Assembly: GCA_001600815.1 (NCBI GenBank)
Contig: BCKZ01000026.1
Coordinates: 1-64,000, forward strand
DNA: 64,000 bases
Direction: 5' to 3'
Source: Alloascoidea hylecoeti
Lineage: Eukaryota
Shown here piece after piece: positions 38,546 through 50,235 of the stretch. The notes under the pieces were generated by a model that saw only the letters and a list, made by a program, of their open reading frames with translations, was not told the DNA's origin and did not search any database. Both the position numbers and the translations under genes were made by a program. Position 1 is the first letter of the stretch, and every line of letters begins with the position of its first letter.

Positions 38546-40683
38546 ATTTATCACAAACAGAAAAGTTTTAATTTTAATGTATTTTTGGAATTTAGGAATT
38601 TTATGTACATAGTTGAACTTTGGAAGAGTTCTCATTCATAACTCATTTGTATTATAGATTTAAACCACTGAGACATTGCCGGATCTATGTTAATTATTAT
38701 TGATGCAGTATTTCTACTAATCTAATGATGGTTGGTTAAGTTCTGGTCCATTTTGTCATACAGGTATTGCTTCCACTTAATCTAAACCACATACCATACG
38801 TATTCATGGCATTATACATATACTCAATTCCTCTCTAGGTACATGTATTTACATGGCTACTAAATATATATAAATAAATCGAGATATCCTTCAGAATATA
38901 TTCATTCTATCCCTAACACTTTTCAGTAATTATAAAGTCTAATAAAAGTTTAGACCATTTAGAATAGGGTATTTAGCTGGTCTGCTGGAAGTATTTTGCT
39001 TAAATGCAGAAATGTAATTGGTGGATTTTATGAGGAAGTATTTCACTCTATAGCTATATTATAAGTGTGTATTAACTTCGGGAACTATACCAAGTCCTTA
39101 AAAGTAAATTACCGTAATATGTAAACGAGGAGTATGAGTATAGGCAACACACAGAATTAACCCTTAAACATCTCGCTTATTCGGCTTTTGGGGTGCATTC
39201 CAATTAAGAATTACCATACAATGGTGTGAAACATTAGCGTCTGTCATTTCGATGTCGGACATTTAATAATGAAAGATATTGTATATTGAATTAAATATAG
39301 ACTATTTATAACAAATTACGTATTTGATATATTTGTCTTTGTTCAGGATTAAACATATAAACCCATATGGACATTGAAACCATAATTTCTGTAAAACAAA
39401 AAAGAAATAAAATCCAAGGATTAATCTTGATAATTGCAAACACGGATGTTTAAGTTGGAAGCTACTAGATCTGAATCTCTGATTTTGTCACAAATGGAGT
39501 ATTGAAACCACAAATAAAGAGTCTCGCATATTTGCAAGTATGAGGGGAAAATAAGCATTCGATACTTTAGATTAAGTGATTGATTGTTGTGTATTCCATG
39601 CCCCAGACATTGTTGATAGAGACTATACCGCCATTTGAAACGGCTATAATATTAATAATCATGGATAATGATATTCTTTAAAAATCTAAGCAGATTCTTA
39701 ATATTTAAGTTAATATTAATAAAAAGATTTTAAAATAATTGAGGAAGTGAAATCTGATCTCAACAATATCTGATATATGTTCGTTTCTACAATACTAGTA
39801 CTAAGTATGGTCTTTTTATTTCACTAAACGATATCACTATTAATCATACTTGCTCCCATTATATTTAAGTTCTAGAAAATTGTAAGCGACTGTAGAATTT
39901 CACGGATTGCTCTTAATCGAATTGACCTTTGTTTATTAACTATGGGAATTTATAAAATATACTATGTCGCACACTGGTTTTATAGTGTTTATGATTACTC
40001 TGCATATACTTACTAATGGGGAGAACTTGGCCATGAAACATGAAAATGAATCATTCAATTCAACCGATTTTACATATTTGGTAAAATTATTAGTATCTTT
40101 GCAGTTATATTGCTGATAATTATTTTCTTCTTAATCATTGTTCTCTATTTGTTGATATTCAAGAAATACCAAAAGCAGAATGATATATCTAATGAGCTCG
40201 AGGATGATATAAATGAAAAGGTATTGGCGTTGTATAAGTTAAACGATCCAAATCCCAGACCTTTTAATAAAACTTTAACTGTATATTCATAAAGTACTTA
40301 TATAATAAACTAGTTTTGTTTTATATAGATATAAAAAGAAAGACTTTTCTTTATGTACGTAGCAATCTTCAATATTCAATATGTATTATATAATCTTCTC
40401 TTTGGAATTATCTCTGTTCCTTTGAAGATTATACGCTAATCTTTATCACCTTTCTCTAGAACATCACCAAAATAGATGAAAGCGACAAAATATTATCTCA
40501 TAATTCCCATCAACTATCTCACTTTAAACCGGCAAAATACCCTTTCAAAAAGCATACAAAATATATATGCTTATTCAAAACCTCCCAATTAAATATGTTA
40601 GTGAAATAACTCCACCTATATGTTATGACTAGATAAAAATCTTAAATTATCATATACTTAGTACTGGAAGTGTTCATGGATAC

Positions 40684-41947
40684 CTAAATAGGCCATTCAG
40701 AGACTGTAGGATAAGGTCTCTAAAGAAATATTCAGTTAGTAAGCAAAGATATTAATAGATATCTATTTGGTTATATTAACAAACATACACTGAGATTAGA
40801 TTTTGTTCGTTGCTGTTCTTCTAAATATGGATATGGAGCAGCTTGCAATGGATGATGATGTCGAGACTCAGATGTGGGTATGGGATTCGCTTTAGAATAT
40901 GGATGACGACCGTGGCTGCTAGGTCTTCCGTATGATTCAAAATCGATAGGCTTTCGAGTCTGATGATTTGATCCCGAGAGTGTGCGTGATCTGGCTCGCA
41001 TGCTTGCTGATGGGACTCTTGAAGCGAACTTAACGGAATTAATACTATGATCATGAGGACTCATAGATTTAAAGCCGTTTGTTTCGGATGGGCTGTAACT
41101 ATAGGCGCCCATACTTACATCTGCATCCATTTCAACATCCTCAAATACCTGAGAATTAGTAGCATGTATTCTTGAGCTTTTCTTATTATCATAATCTTCA
41201 CTGATCTTTTCGGAGAGATTGTTATTCATTTCTTTAACAACATCTTTCGAAGCATCAATAAGTTTAAGTTTAATATTTTCTTTCAGTGTATTGATATCCT
41301 TTTCAAGTTCTGAATCAGAAGAAAAGAAAAGGAATATAAGTTCAAAAATCTTTCCAAAAACAACAGGAAATTTATCAAATATCGTAGCCCCGATTCCCGT
41401 AACATTTGCAGTTGTTTCTCTTTTATTATCAAATCTCGATTTATAATAAAGTTCAAATCGGTCCAACCTTGGGGTTCTAGCATCAGCACTTATAGAATTT
41501 CGTTTATAAGAATCTTTACTTCGTGATCGATTTCGGATATAAAATTTTATCAAGGAAAGTTGTTCTGCTATCGTTAGAAACACCTCAATTCCATATTCAA
41601 CTATTCTAATTTTTTTATAAACATATTTCTCAAATAAATAGTTTGAGCCGTTTGTTTCTTTCTCTGGTACCATAAGCCACAAAGCCAAAGTACATTTGAT
41701 AAGGGTATAAAACGGTATAAGCTGTGTAATTGCCCCCAAAATCTTCTCCAATTGTAAAGATAATGCCAATATTACCCAATATTGAAGCCATTGCTTTTGA
41801 TATGATGGGTCTGTGCTTGAAAAAGCTCTAGCGGTCAGGACCAACGGAAGTCCAATAGAAATGATAACACTATAGGATAAACAAGAGTTAAATCTCTGTT
41901 GTAATTAGTGTCCCAGTTCACACTCACCTTAAACAGTTAAACAACAT
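40684..41947 (-). CDS. TB2/DP1/HVA22 (REEP) family ER-shaping protein with long disordered tail; Atg40/REEP1-4-like
   Basis: KQWLQYWVIL..IPFYTLIK..LALWL..P..NGSNYLFEKYV. Exons 41947-41928, 41869-40789, 40719-40684 (ends RPYPTVSEWPI*). Confidence 0.75.
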
Positions 41948-42347
41948 AAACTTTCAAACGGTATATGTGTATTTATAGAAACTTGAAATTAGTGGAGAAA
42001 AACAGCCAAAGTCAGCCAATTTTATATATTTCCGATTTATAACAATAGATAATAATACAAATAAGATTCGAATGCGACAATTGCTATGAAACATGATGCC
42101 CGACGCTTATTAATAGAATAATTATGAAGTCAGCGATTCCTCGGAAAAGACCACGAAAAGCATTGCAATAGCAATATTAACCCTCATTTAGAGACATTAC
42201 ATGTGTGTTTCTTCCATTGTGATGAATGATGCTTCTAAATCTAAATCTAAAATTTATACTATAATTTATATGTATCGCCACCCAATGAGGCAGTCATGTA
42301 ACATTGAATTTCAGCGTATCTGCATTACGTATTGCAACTAAATAAGA

Positions 42348-42360
42348 GGTGTATGGGTGT
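42348..42360 (-). promoter_or_regulatory. Rap1-consensus site upstream of CSM3
   Basis: GGTGTATGGGTGT, about 95 bp before the CSM3 ATG; identical to 15839-15851. Confidence 0.55.
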
Positions 42361-42453
42361 CTATATACGATTGATAGCACACGTTAATATTTGATAAAAA
42401 ATACATACAATTTGAACATTTCCGTTCAACAAAGGCCAATTTATTTTATTAAT

Positions 42454-43713
42454 ATGTCACCAACTGCTCTCACATCTCGAGATAAACATACGAATGATTA
42501 TATGAACATGGATATAGATATTGATGATGATTTGGGTCTAGATGCTGATTTTAATCCTAGTGACGCGTCGCGTCCCAACGCCAAAAAACGAAATAAAAAA
42601 GATGTTTCTGATGATGATGATTTAGGTCTTGATACACGTGTGGTTGTTAGAAAGAGAGCAAAATTAGCAAAAGTAGATGATGAAAGATTATTGGCTTCAA
42701 ACGCTTTACCATATATTAGAGCAAATGCTTCTAAAATGATTAGAATTAAAGGTTCAGGGCATGAATATGGTGACTTAACACGAATATTAAATTTTTATCA
42801 ATTATGGGGTCATCGTGTTTTCCCAAAAGCAAATTTCAAAGATTTTCTATACATGTGTAATAAAGCCGGGCAAACAAAAGCAAGGCTTAAGGTTCATAGA
42901 CAGGCCTGGATTCAAGAAGAAATCGATAAGAAACGACAAGCGAATGAGATTTATTCCACTACGTCACATAATAACGAAATAATTGATAAGGCAAACGATA
43001 ATAATAACATGAAACAGGTAGATAGTTCTTCTGCGATAATCGCGAATGATGATGATGATGATAGTGCGCCACTTCTGGATGTATTTGCAACAAGAACTGG
43101 GAGAGAAAGGCCGGAGAGGGAAAGGCCGGAACAATCCGTACCTGCAGAACAAAGTAATAGTCTTTTTGTAAATGATAAAAACAAAGAAAACGTTAATTAT
43201 GATGAGTATAGCGATGATGATGACCTATATCAAGTACCTAATAAGGACCGGACAAATGGTAATTCCATTTCATCTAAGATTACTCCTCACACAATTAATT
43301 CTTCAGATGATGAGGAATCATGGGGTATATTAGCAAGGCCTAAAACCATACAAAAATCGACAGTCTCTTTGCAGGTGGATAAAAATGTAGCTGATATAAA
43401 TATAAATGCTGTGAATGAGAATGGAAATCAAAACTCAAAAACAGATTCTTCACTTTCTCAAGAATCTAGAATTGAAAGCCATATCACCGGTAACACCCCA
43501 TTTTCTCAGGAAACTAATGATCATAATATGAACCCGACTACTAATAAAAATGAATCAGCATCAACGCCTACACAACATGATGAATCATCTGGTCAGGGGA
43601 CTACAAAGGATTTAGCAAATACTGAAAAAGACAATCCCCCTGATATAGATGAGTTCGATGATTTCGATGACTTCGGTGCAGAAATGGATATTTTGAATGA
43701 AATGGGATTATAA
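42454..43713 (+). CDS. CSM3: Replication fork protection complex subunit Csm3/Swi3/TIPIN
   Basis: Swi3 domain KVDDERLL..LPYIR..GHEYGDLTRILNFYQLWGHRVFPKANFKDF, with an acidic C-terminus. First ATG at 42454. Confidence 0.9.
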   Translation: MSPTALTSRDKHTNDYMNMDIDIDDDLGLDADFNPSDASRPNAKKRNKKDVSDDDDLGLDTRVVVRKRAKLAKVDDERLLASNALPYIRANASKMIRIKGSGHEYGDLTRILNFYQLWGHRVFPKANFKDFLYMCNKAGQTKARLKVHRQAWIQEEIDKKRQANEIYSTTSHNNEIIDKANDNNNMKQVDSSSAIIANDDDDDSAPLLDVFATRTGRERPERERPEQSVPAEQSNSLFVNDKNKENVNYDEYSDDDDLYQVPNKDRTNGNSISSKITPHTINSSDDEESWGILARPKTIQKSTVSLQVDKNVADININAVNENGNQNSKTDSSLSQESRIESHITGNTPFSQETNDHNMNPTTNKNESASTPTQHDESSGQGTTKDLANTEKDNPPDIDEFDDFDDFGAEMDILNEMGL

Positions 43714-43932
43714 TGATATAACTAAGTATTTAGATGTATATTTTGATCATAAACTAATAATAATTAATGCGTTAAATTGATAAAATATATTATTGCTAAT
43801 GATTTATTATATATAATGTTAATCAGATGTTTAAGATTTATGTTTCATTACTGCATTTATTCTTCACAAACGTTTTGTGCTTTTTGGTTATTCCTCGCTT
43901 TCTACCCCTATTCAATTTTTTCCAATTGTTTT

Positions 43933-44580
43933 CTAAAATTTAATACGATAATTATCCTTAATACCAATTTCTGCTTCCATTTCAGAATATCCTCGTCTGC
44001 GACGAACTTCCCATAAGCCTTGTACTTTTGGTTTGGTTTCATCTTCAACCTCAGGTTTCTGCTTATATTCAGCCTTCTTTGTTTGGTTAAATGAAGTAAC
44101 ACCTGTTGGTAATGAACTGTTACCAGCCCAAGCAGTTGCACCAAATAAGGTACCCATAAGGAATGTCCAAGCGAAAAAGGTTGGTAACTTTCTAGAAACA
44201 GCACCCATAACAAAACCAAGTGAAATACCACCATATATAGAATTAACTGCATCTTCCTTTTCACGAATATTTGCACTAACTGCTGTACCAAATTGTAAGG
44301 CTGCAAGACTGGCAGCTAAAATAGCAGTACCTTTAGTTCTCTTTTGTAACATTGGTTTGTAAGAAACTTGTTTAATTGCACAATGACTGAAACCAGTTGC
44401 AATGGCTAAAACACCAAATCCAGTACCAATAAGAGCTCCATTAACAGTTTCGCCTACGGTATCCCTTGGCTTATATGTCTCGATGTTTGAGATTTTGAAT
44501 CGTGGTAAATAAATATCTTCGGTTATTGGTGTAATTGTAGTGCTTGGGTCCTCTCGAGGTTTAGTTGTTGTAATTGACAT
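43933..44580 (-). CDS. Complex I accessory subunit NDUFA11/B14.7 (NUJM, 21.3 kDa), Tim17/22/23 family
   Basis: YKPRDT N-terminal motif, SANIREKEDAVNSIYGG..G..MG, glycine-zipper transmembrane helices, C-terminal RRRRGYSEMEAEIG. Confidence 0.78.
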   Translation of the reverse strand: MSITTTKPREDPSTTITPITEDIYLPRFKISNIETYKPRDTVGETVNGALIGTGFGVLAIATGFSHCAIKQVSYKPMLQKRTKGTAILAASLAALQFGTAVSANIREKEDAVNSIYGGISLGFVMGAVSRKLPTFFAWTFLMGTLFGATAWAGNSSLPTGVTSFNQTKKAEYKQKPEVEDETKPKVQGLWEVRRRRGYSEMEAEIGIKDNYRIKF

Positions 44581-44763
44581 TTTTGAATTATTCTCTTTCT
44601 AAACAAAATACTTAATACTTAATTCCTTATACTTTTAATCTGTTCCCGAAATCTGTTATAATTCAAATATGATATCAAACACAAAGATGAAGCCGAAAAA
44701 GATGGACAGTATAGATTTCAAAACATCCAATCACAGAACCGCAAAATACACTACGCTTACTAA

Positions 44764-44770
44764 TTACCCG
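44764..44770 (+). promoter_or_regulatory. Reb1-type site TTACCCG
   Basis: Exact consensus ~185 bp upstream of the NUJM ATG. A second copy (CGGGTAA) at 54449-54455 lies ~175 bp upstream of the nucleotidase ATG. Confidence 0.45.
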
Positions 44771-45253
44771 GACGTTGCACGTTACACCCAAAAATCTGAA
44801 TTTTAAAAATCACTTTTTTTCAGCTAGGCCACCACTTTTTTGGATTAGGTAATACAAAATTTGACCCAGCTTATGTAATCAAATAATTGAACTTATTTGA
44901 TTGTTTCAGTACTCAGTAGTCAATTTTTTTCCTTCAATTGCGATTGTCTTCCCTTAAAATTTTATTAAAATGTTAAATAACTTAGCTAGATAAGAAAAAA
45001 GAGTCATAATTATCATTGAGCGAAGAATTATAATATTAAACAACTCAAAATAAAAAAAGAAACTATAGTATACTGGATAGTAAAATTCAAAAACTGTAAA
45101 GATGCTAATATGAAGACAAAAAAAGAACTGTAGCTAAATAAGAGCACAGATAATTAACATTGTAACACTGTGGATGTATGTATTTTTAAATAAACAGAAA
45201 ACATAAAAAAGTAAGGATAAGATGAAATTAATAAATAGATGTAGGTAATGATT

Positions 45254-47976
45254 TTAGAATCCATGAGTATTAACATGAGTATATGGACATTTCATAGGCC
45301 TATTAATATCAATATCAAATCCCATTGGCAAAGGATATGGCATTCCGCTAAGACTAGCTTGAGCATAAGGACAACCTGATGGAGGCTGATAGGTAGTTGG
45401 ATATGAGGGAATAGGAATTACTGCATTGCTTATAACATTAGAAATGACCGGTAATTGTGGGTGACTAGTTAGAGGGATATCAGTCATGGGGAAATTAACA
45501 GGTGGGGGGTTTGATGGCGGTTCTGAGTTTCTCTCAAGATCTTGGTATTCTGAAGATCTCATTGGGCATGTATTTGAACTCACCGGTTCATTAACATTGA
45601 AGTCAGGGCTGGGAATATATGATTCCGTTGTTCTTATCGTGTTTCCAGGTGTGAATTCCATTTGTCCACTCATATTTGGCGTCATAGAATTCTGTTGGAT
45701 ACAGCTAGTCATAGAAGAAGTTGAGGACGTATCAAAGTCTGGCGAAAATAATCCATAATTACTATCAGGAATATTAACTCCAGTGTTTGATTTATATGAA
45801 GGTAAATTAATGGGTGCAAAATCATTGTGAACATTATCATTAGCTGTAGTAGAGCTATTATAAAACTTCCGACACTGTTCTGAGTTTTTGATGTGATAAG
45901 AGTCTCCAACCATTTCAGAAGTTAGACAAGTAGTTTCATCCATGTATGATAAAAAGCATAAAATATTGTTTTGTAACTCTTTGTATTGTTCTGAATTAGA
46001 TTCAACAACCTCCAAAAGAGAAAAGGATAAAGAAGCACCAATATGAGCATTCAAAGTAAGAGTTGGAAAACATAATGGGTTCTTTAAAGTTTTTGGATAC
46101 TCTTTGGCTCGCAATAATATATCTTTCATCAACTTTAAGGAATTCAATGAAGAAACAGATATATTAGATGAATTCGTAGAATTAGTGTTATCATCATGCT
46201 TCGTTCTAACAAGAATGGCAGAAATACTGGAATATAACACATTAACGGTCAAAGCGAGGGGATTTAATACCGACAATTCTGGATCTTCATCCACATTGGT
46301 TGGGTGATCCACTTTAAACTTAAATATATCTGGTAGTTCATCCCAAGAAGCTTGAAGTAATGGAGTATAAGTTTCCCTCATTCTATCAGTTGGAATATAT
46401 CTGACAAAATAAAGATGGGATGCGGGTATCTTGATGTTATCTTCATTTTGTTGTTTCTGTGTAACAGATTTTAATGGAAGAGCTATCTCCTGTCGTTTAC
46501 TATAAATTGAGTTCAATAAGCCATCTAATACCATCGACAAACGCGAAGCACATATTAACACATCAGTGGTATTATATTTTTTATCCAAAGGTTTTCTTGG
46601 CTCACTCATATCAGAGGCTTGTTTGTGATATTCAGAAGGAATAATATGACTTGGAAAATCTATTGATTGTATGTCCTCGGCACATGTGGCAGTTATATCA
46701 TTTGGTGGACAGTGAGGAGGATAAGGGAGAACTGGAACACGATTCAAATATAAAGAGATGAACTTATCCCAAAAAAAACATAGCCATGAAAACCTTCGTC
46801 TTGTTTCAAGATCCTCTTCTGAGTCAACTAACCACTTTTTTCGTTCAATATTATCTTTATCTGACAAGTTAGAATCTAGATTAAGTTCTGAAATTTGCCT
46901 AGAAGCTATTCCAGCATATAACCAAGCTTGCGAAAAATTTCCATGAGATAGCTCTGACATAGACTGTAAGAGGTACGCCTGTAAGTTTGGAACTAAAGGA
47001 GATTGAGTAATTGTTTCTGAAAGCGATGAAATCGCATATTCTTTGATACTCTCTGAAATTTTAGGTGAAACTCCATCCAAAAAATCGATAGTAAATGCTA
47101 GAATCACAGCCAGTAATGATGGAGAGAAATAGCAATTAGAGGGTCGTGAGCAATGGTTGTTGGTTTCTGCTTCGCTTATATATGATTCGTTATATAAGCT
47201 GACTTTGTCTTTGCCTGTTTGAAAAAAACTATGACCATATATGTATAAACTTATATCTCGGTAAAACAGTGAAGGTTGTACCAACATTACGGAGACATTG
47301 ATATAGGAATAAAAAGCATCTAATGAAGCAATAGCCAAGCCAGCCGGCATGTACTCAGATACAATAGCGGATCCTACCTTTTTCCCGGAGGTTTCAAGTC
47401 GTCTTCCATCTATAGCTTTCCTTTGGAGGGTTAATCTCTTTTCGGGAGGCAACGTTTCGAATTTTTCAAAGTAGGCCTTAATGAAAGTTGGTCTTGAAAT
47501 AGAGGCGTTTGTTACTGCTTTTTTTGATTTATCATTCCGTACCTCTACTTTCTTCGTTACAGATGGGGTATCCGAATCAGAACCACCCTCCTCACAATTG
47601 ACAGACTCCCCGTATTTCCTTTTTAGTTGATTAACTTCCTTGCTCAAATCTTCTATTGTTCTCTCAAGATGTCTCGCGTAGGCAACCGAAGCTGGTTTAT
47701 CGTAATCACAACGTTCACCAAGTTTAGTGCATGTCGAACATTTAGGTGTATTTCCATCACATTTTGCCTAAAAAAATGGTTAGATTTGTATAAAACAATA
47801 ATTATATTTGTAATAAATAAGGGTATGATCAAACTCCTATCTCAGAAGGGTTGAGTATATAAATATACAACTGTATAATAGCATACTTTCTTCTTCCGAC
47901 AATTAGCGCAAGTCAGACGGTGGAACCGTTTTTCTTTCTTTCCGTTTGATTTTAAGTCTTTCTTATCTGATACCAT
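45254..47976 (-). CDS. Zn(II)2Cys6 fungal transcription factor with middle-homology region and C-terminal CP motifs
   Basis: Exons 47976-47887 and 47767-45254 (GTATGC..TCTAAC..TAG) rebuild CANCRKKKAKCDGNTPKCSTCTKLGERC; Fungal_trans motifs AWLYAGIA and ETRRRFSWLCFFWDKFISLYLNR. Confidence 0.9.
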
Positions 47977-49939
47977 GTGAAGGTAGAACGGGTGGTCTGA
48001 GATGAAAATTAAGGTAGGTCCTGCTTTATTTATATGCGACATCAACACATAATATGCATATGCATATTTATAATATTACCGAGAGCAGACGCACTAGTTC
48101 CGGAATCTAATTCAAAGTCAAACTAATTATAATTCTACAACGAATGAAGATGATCAAGATAATCATAAAAATTTGTGTTCTGATTCTTCATCATCATAAA
48201 TGAACACTTCTAAACTTGAAAGTACAGATGCATTATGTACATATTGTAGGATAAGTGTATAATTTTCAAATAATATCGGATGTTCCCCGATCATATTACA
48301 TTAAATATAATTATAGGCCATTAATATTAATATTTGCTAATGGAAGTGGTGGAAACTACAGGAAAATATCATAACTAGTCTACAGTTCAATTTATTGTAT
48401 TGGGCTAACTAACAATTTGTTCGGAACTACATTTAGATGAGTTATTGTTGACCTGTCAAAAGATATTTATAAATTAATAGTTGAAGAATGAACAGAATTG
48501 GTTATTGTTGTACAAACTGCTGTAATGCATGGCATGCTAAGGATGATTCCAAAACACCATATATATTAGCTACCTCTTGAGACTCATTATATTACTAAAT
48601 GAAAATCCGATTGCTTGTTTTTCATCGGGCATTGAAAGTTAAAAAAAGATCTGGAGATTCATTTGATGTGAAATAAAATGAGAAAGACATGTATTTATAT
48701 CAGTTACAGGTCATAGTAATTATCATGGAGTATAATACAATAAGCTTAGCTCTTTGGTTGGTAGTTAGTACTAGTTAAAAAAGGGCCCTAATTAACCCAT
48801 GGTGAACTCCTTGACTATATTAAGCTTGCAGGCATTGATTTCCAAGAAGAAAAGAGCTGTAGTTGACTTTGTGCCTTTTTATACGCAAACTGGTTAACGT
48901 TAACGCTCATGATGACAGAAGATATATATATATATATATATGAACTAGCCTTTCCAATATCCATGGAACAACAGATCTTTAACCTGCTCTCCTCCTGTGA
49001 CAATTATTATCTGTACACTAATATAGCAAATAATATTTCGGAATTTGAGTTGGAATACAAAGTCAACCAAGGCAATCAGGTAATTAAATGTGCCATTCAG
49101 CCAAAATATAGATACGCATATGCAGATATGCATCGAAAAATATTCAAGCATGATCAATTAGTAAAATGCATATGGTAATACTGATCATGTTCAATTAATT
49201 GAAGTAAAATAGTAGCACTGATTATGATCACTTAAGCTTATTCAGAAATAATATTAAGAGCCATTTAAATTAGTAATATAATCTTTAAAATATTCATCTT
49301 CATCCAGGACTTATAAATAAAGGTTTGGACACATTTCCATAATAATTTAATTTTATTAGAGCTGGAAAGATATAGAATTCGAAGAGGCAGATTTGTTTAG
49401 GCATTAAGCTATATACCAGATTTGTATTTCGAATTCGATAAGTTTTCTAGAATAGAAATAATCGGATTATATTAAGATTGTATATTCTTGCTTATAATGA
49501 AAAGAACCAAGATTATTTTCAAACCTAATTCTATCTTAATCGCAAGAAGATATCAATATATATATATCATGATCAAACAACTAAGTAAAACTGTTAGATA
49601 TATTAGCGCTTGTAGGATGTTTAATGGTGTTGAAAGAACAAGGACAATTTCAATATAAAGTTGTTGCAGTTTTAAATCGAGAAATAAGAAAAAGATTTGA
49701 ATGTATAATCAATAATAGTTATAAAATTTCACATGCATTATTTGTATGTATTTAATTAAGAATATTTTCAAACCAAAGTTTCTTTACAGTGGTCAAATGT
49801 ACTCCAAATATACTAATAGTCATATATAATCGTATAATTAAGTAGTTATAATAAGCTATTTAATATTTAAAAGTAATAGAGTGGGGCCAAGACTGCCCGC
49901 GGCCGTCGAGTTTAAAGTTACACTTTTTTTCGAGCACCA

Positions 49940-50235
49940 CTCTAAAGATCACCCAAGAACGTCAATTTTTGATTTTTATGAAAACAAGAATACGAATTAT
50001 ATTTTTCACATCTCATGGTATCGACTAGAATTTGGGAAGGAGGTCGTGCTTTACTGTGTAAAACTGTTCCTAATATTTCATGTTAGATATCATATAACTT
50101 ACACAAAGACTCGATTGGCTTCTTGGTGTAACGACAAGATGAACGTACTTTAACATGGCAGTGGCGTTTAACATTCCTAGCCGTTTATGAAGTTAAGGGC
50201 GCTATTAAATACTAAACTTAAGATGTCATTTTATA
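49940..50235 (-). repeat. Left arm of a diverged inverted repeat (possible solo LTR/MITE copy or centromeric IR)
   Basis: 50206-50235 matches the reverse complement of 53634-53663 at 29/30. Outer blocks 49977-49993 (14/17) and 49944-49959 (14/16) match 53815-53831 and 53838-53853. Confidence 0.75.

Noticed and set aside
49881..50153. 90-aa ORF in the left repeat arm
   Set aside because: GTG start, no motifs, and not preserved in the other arm.
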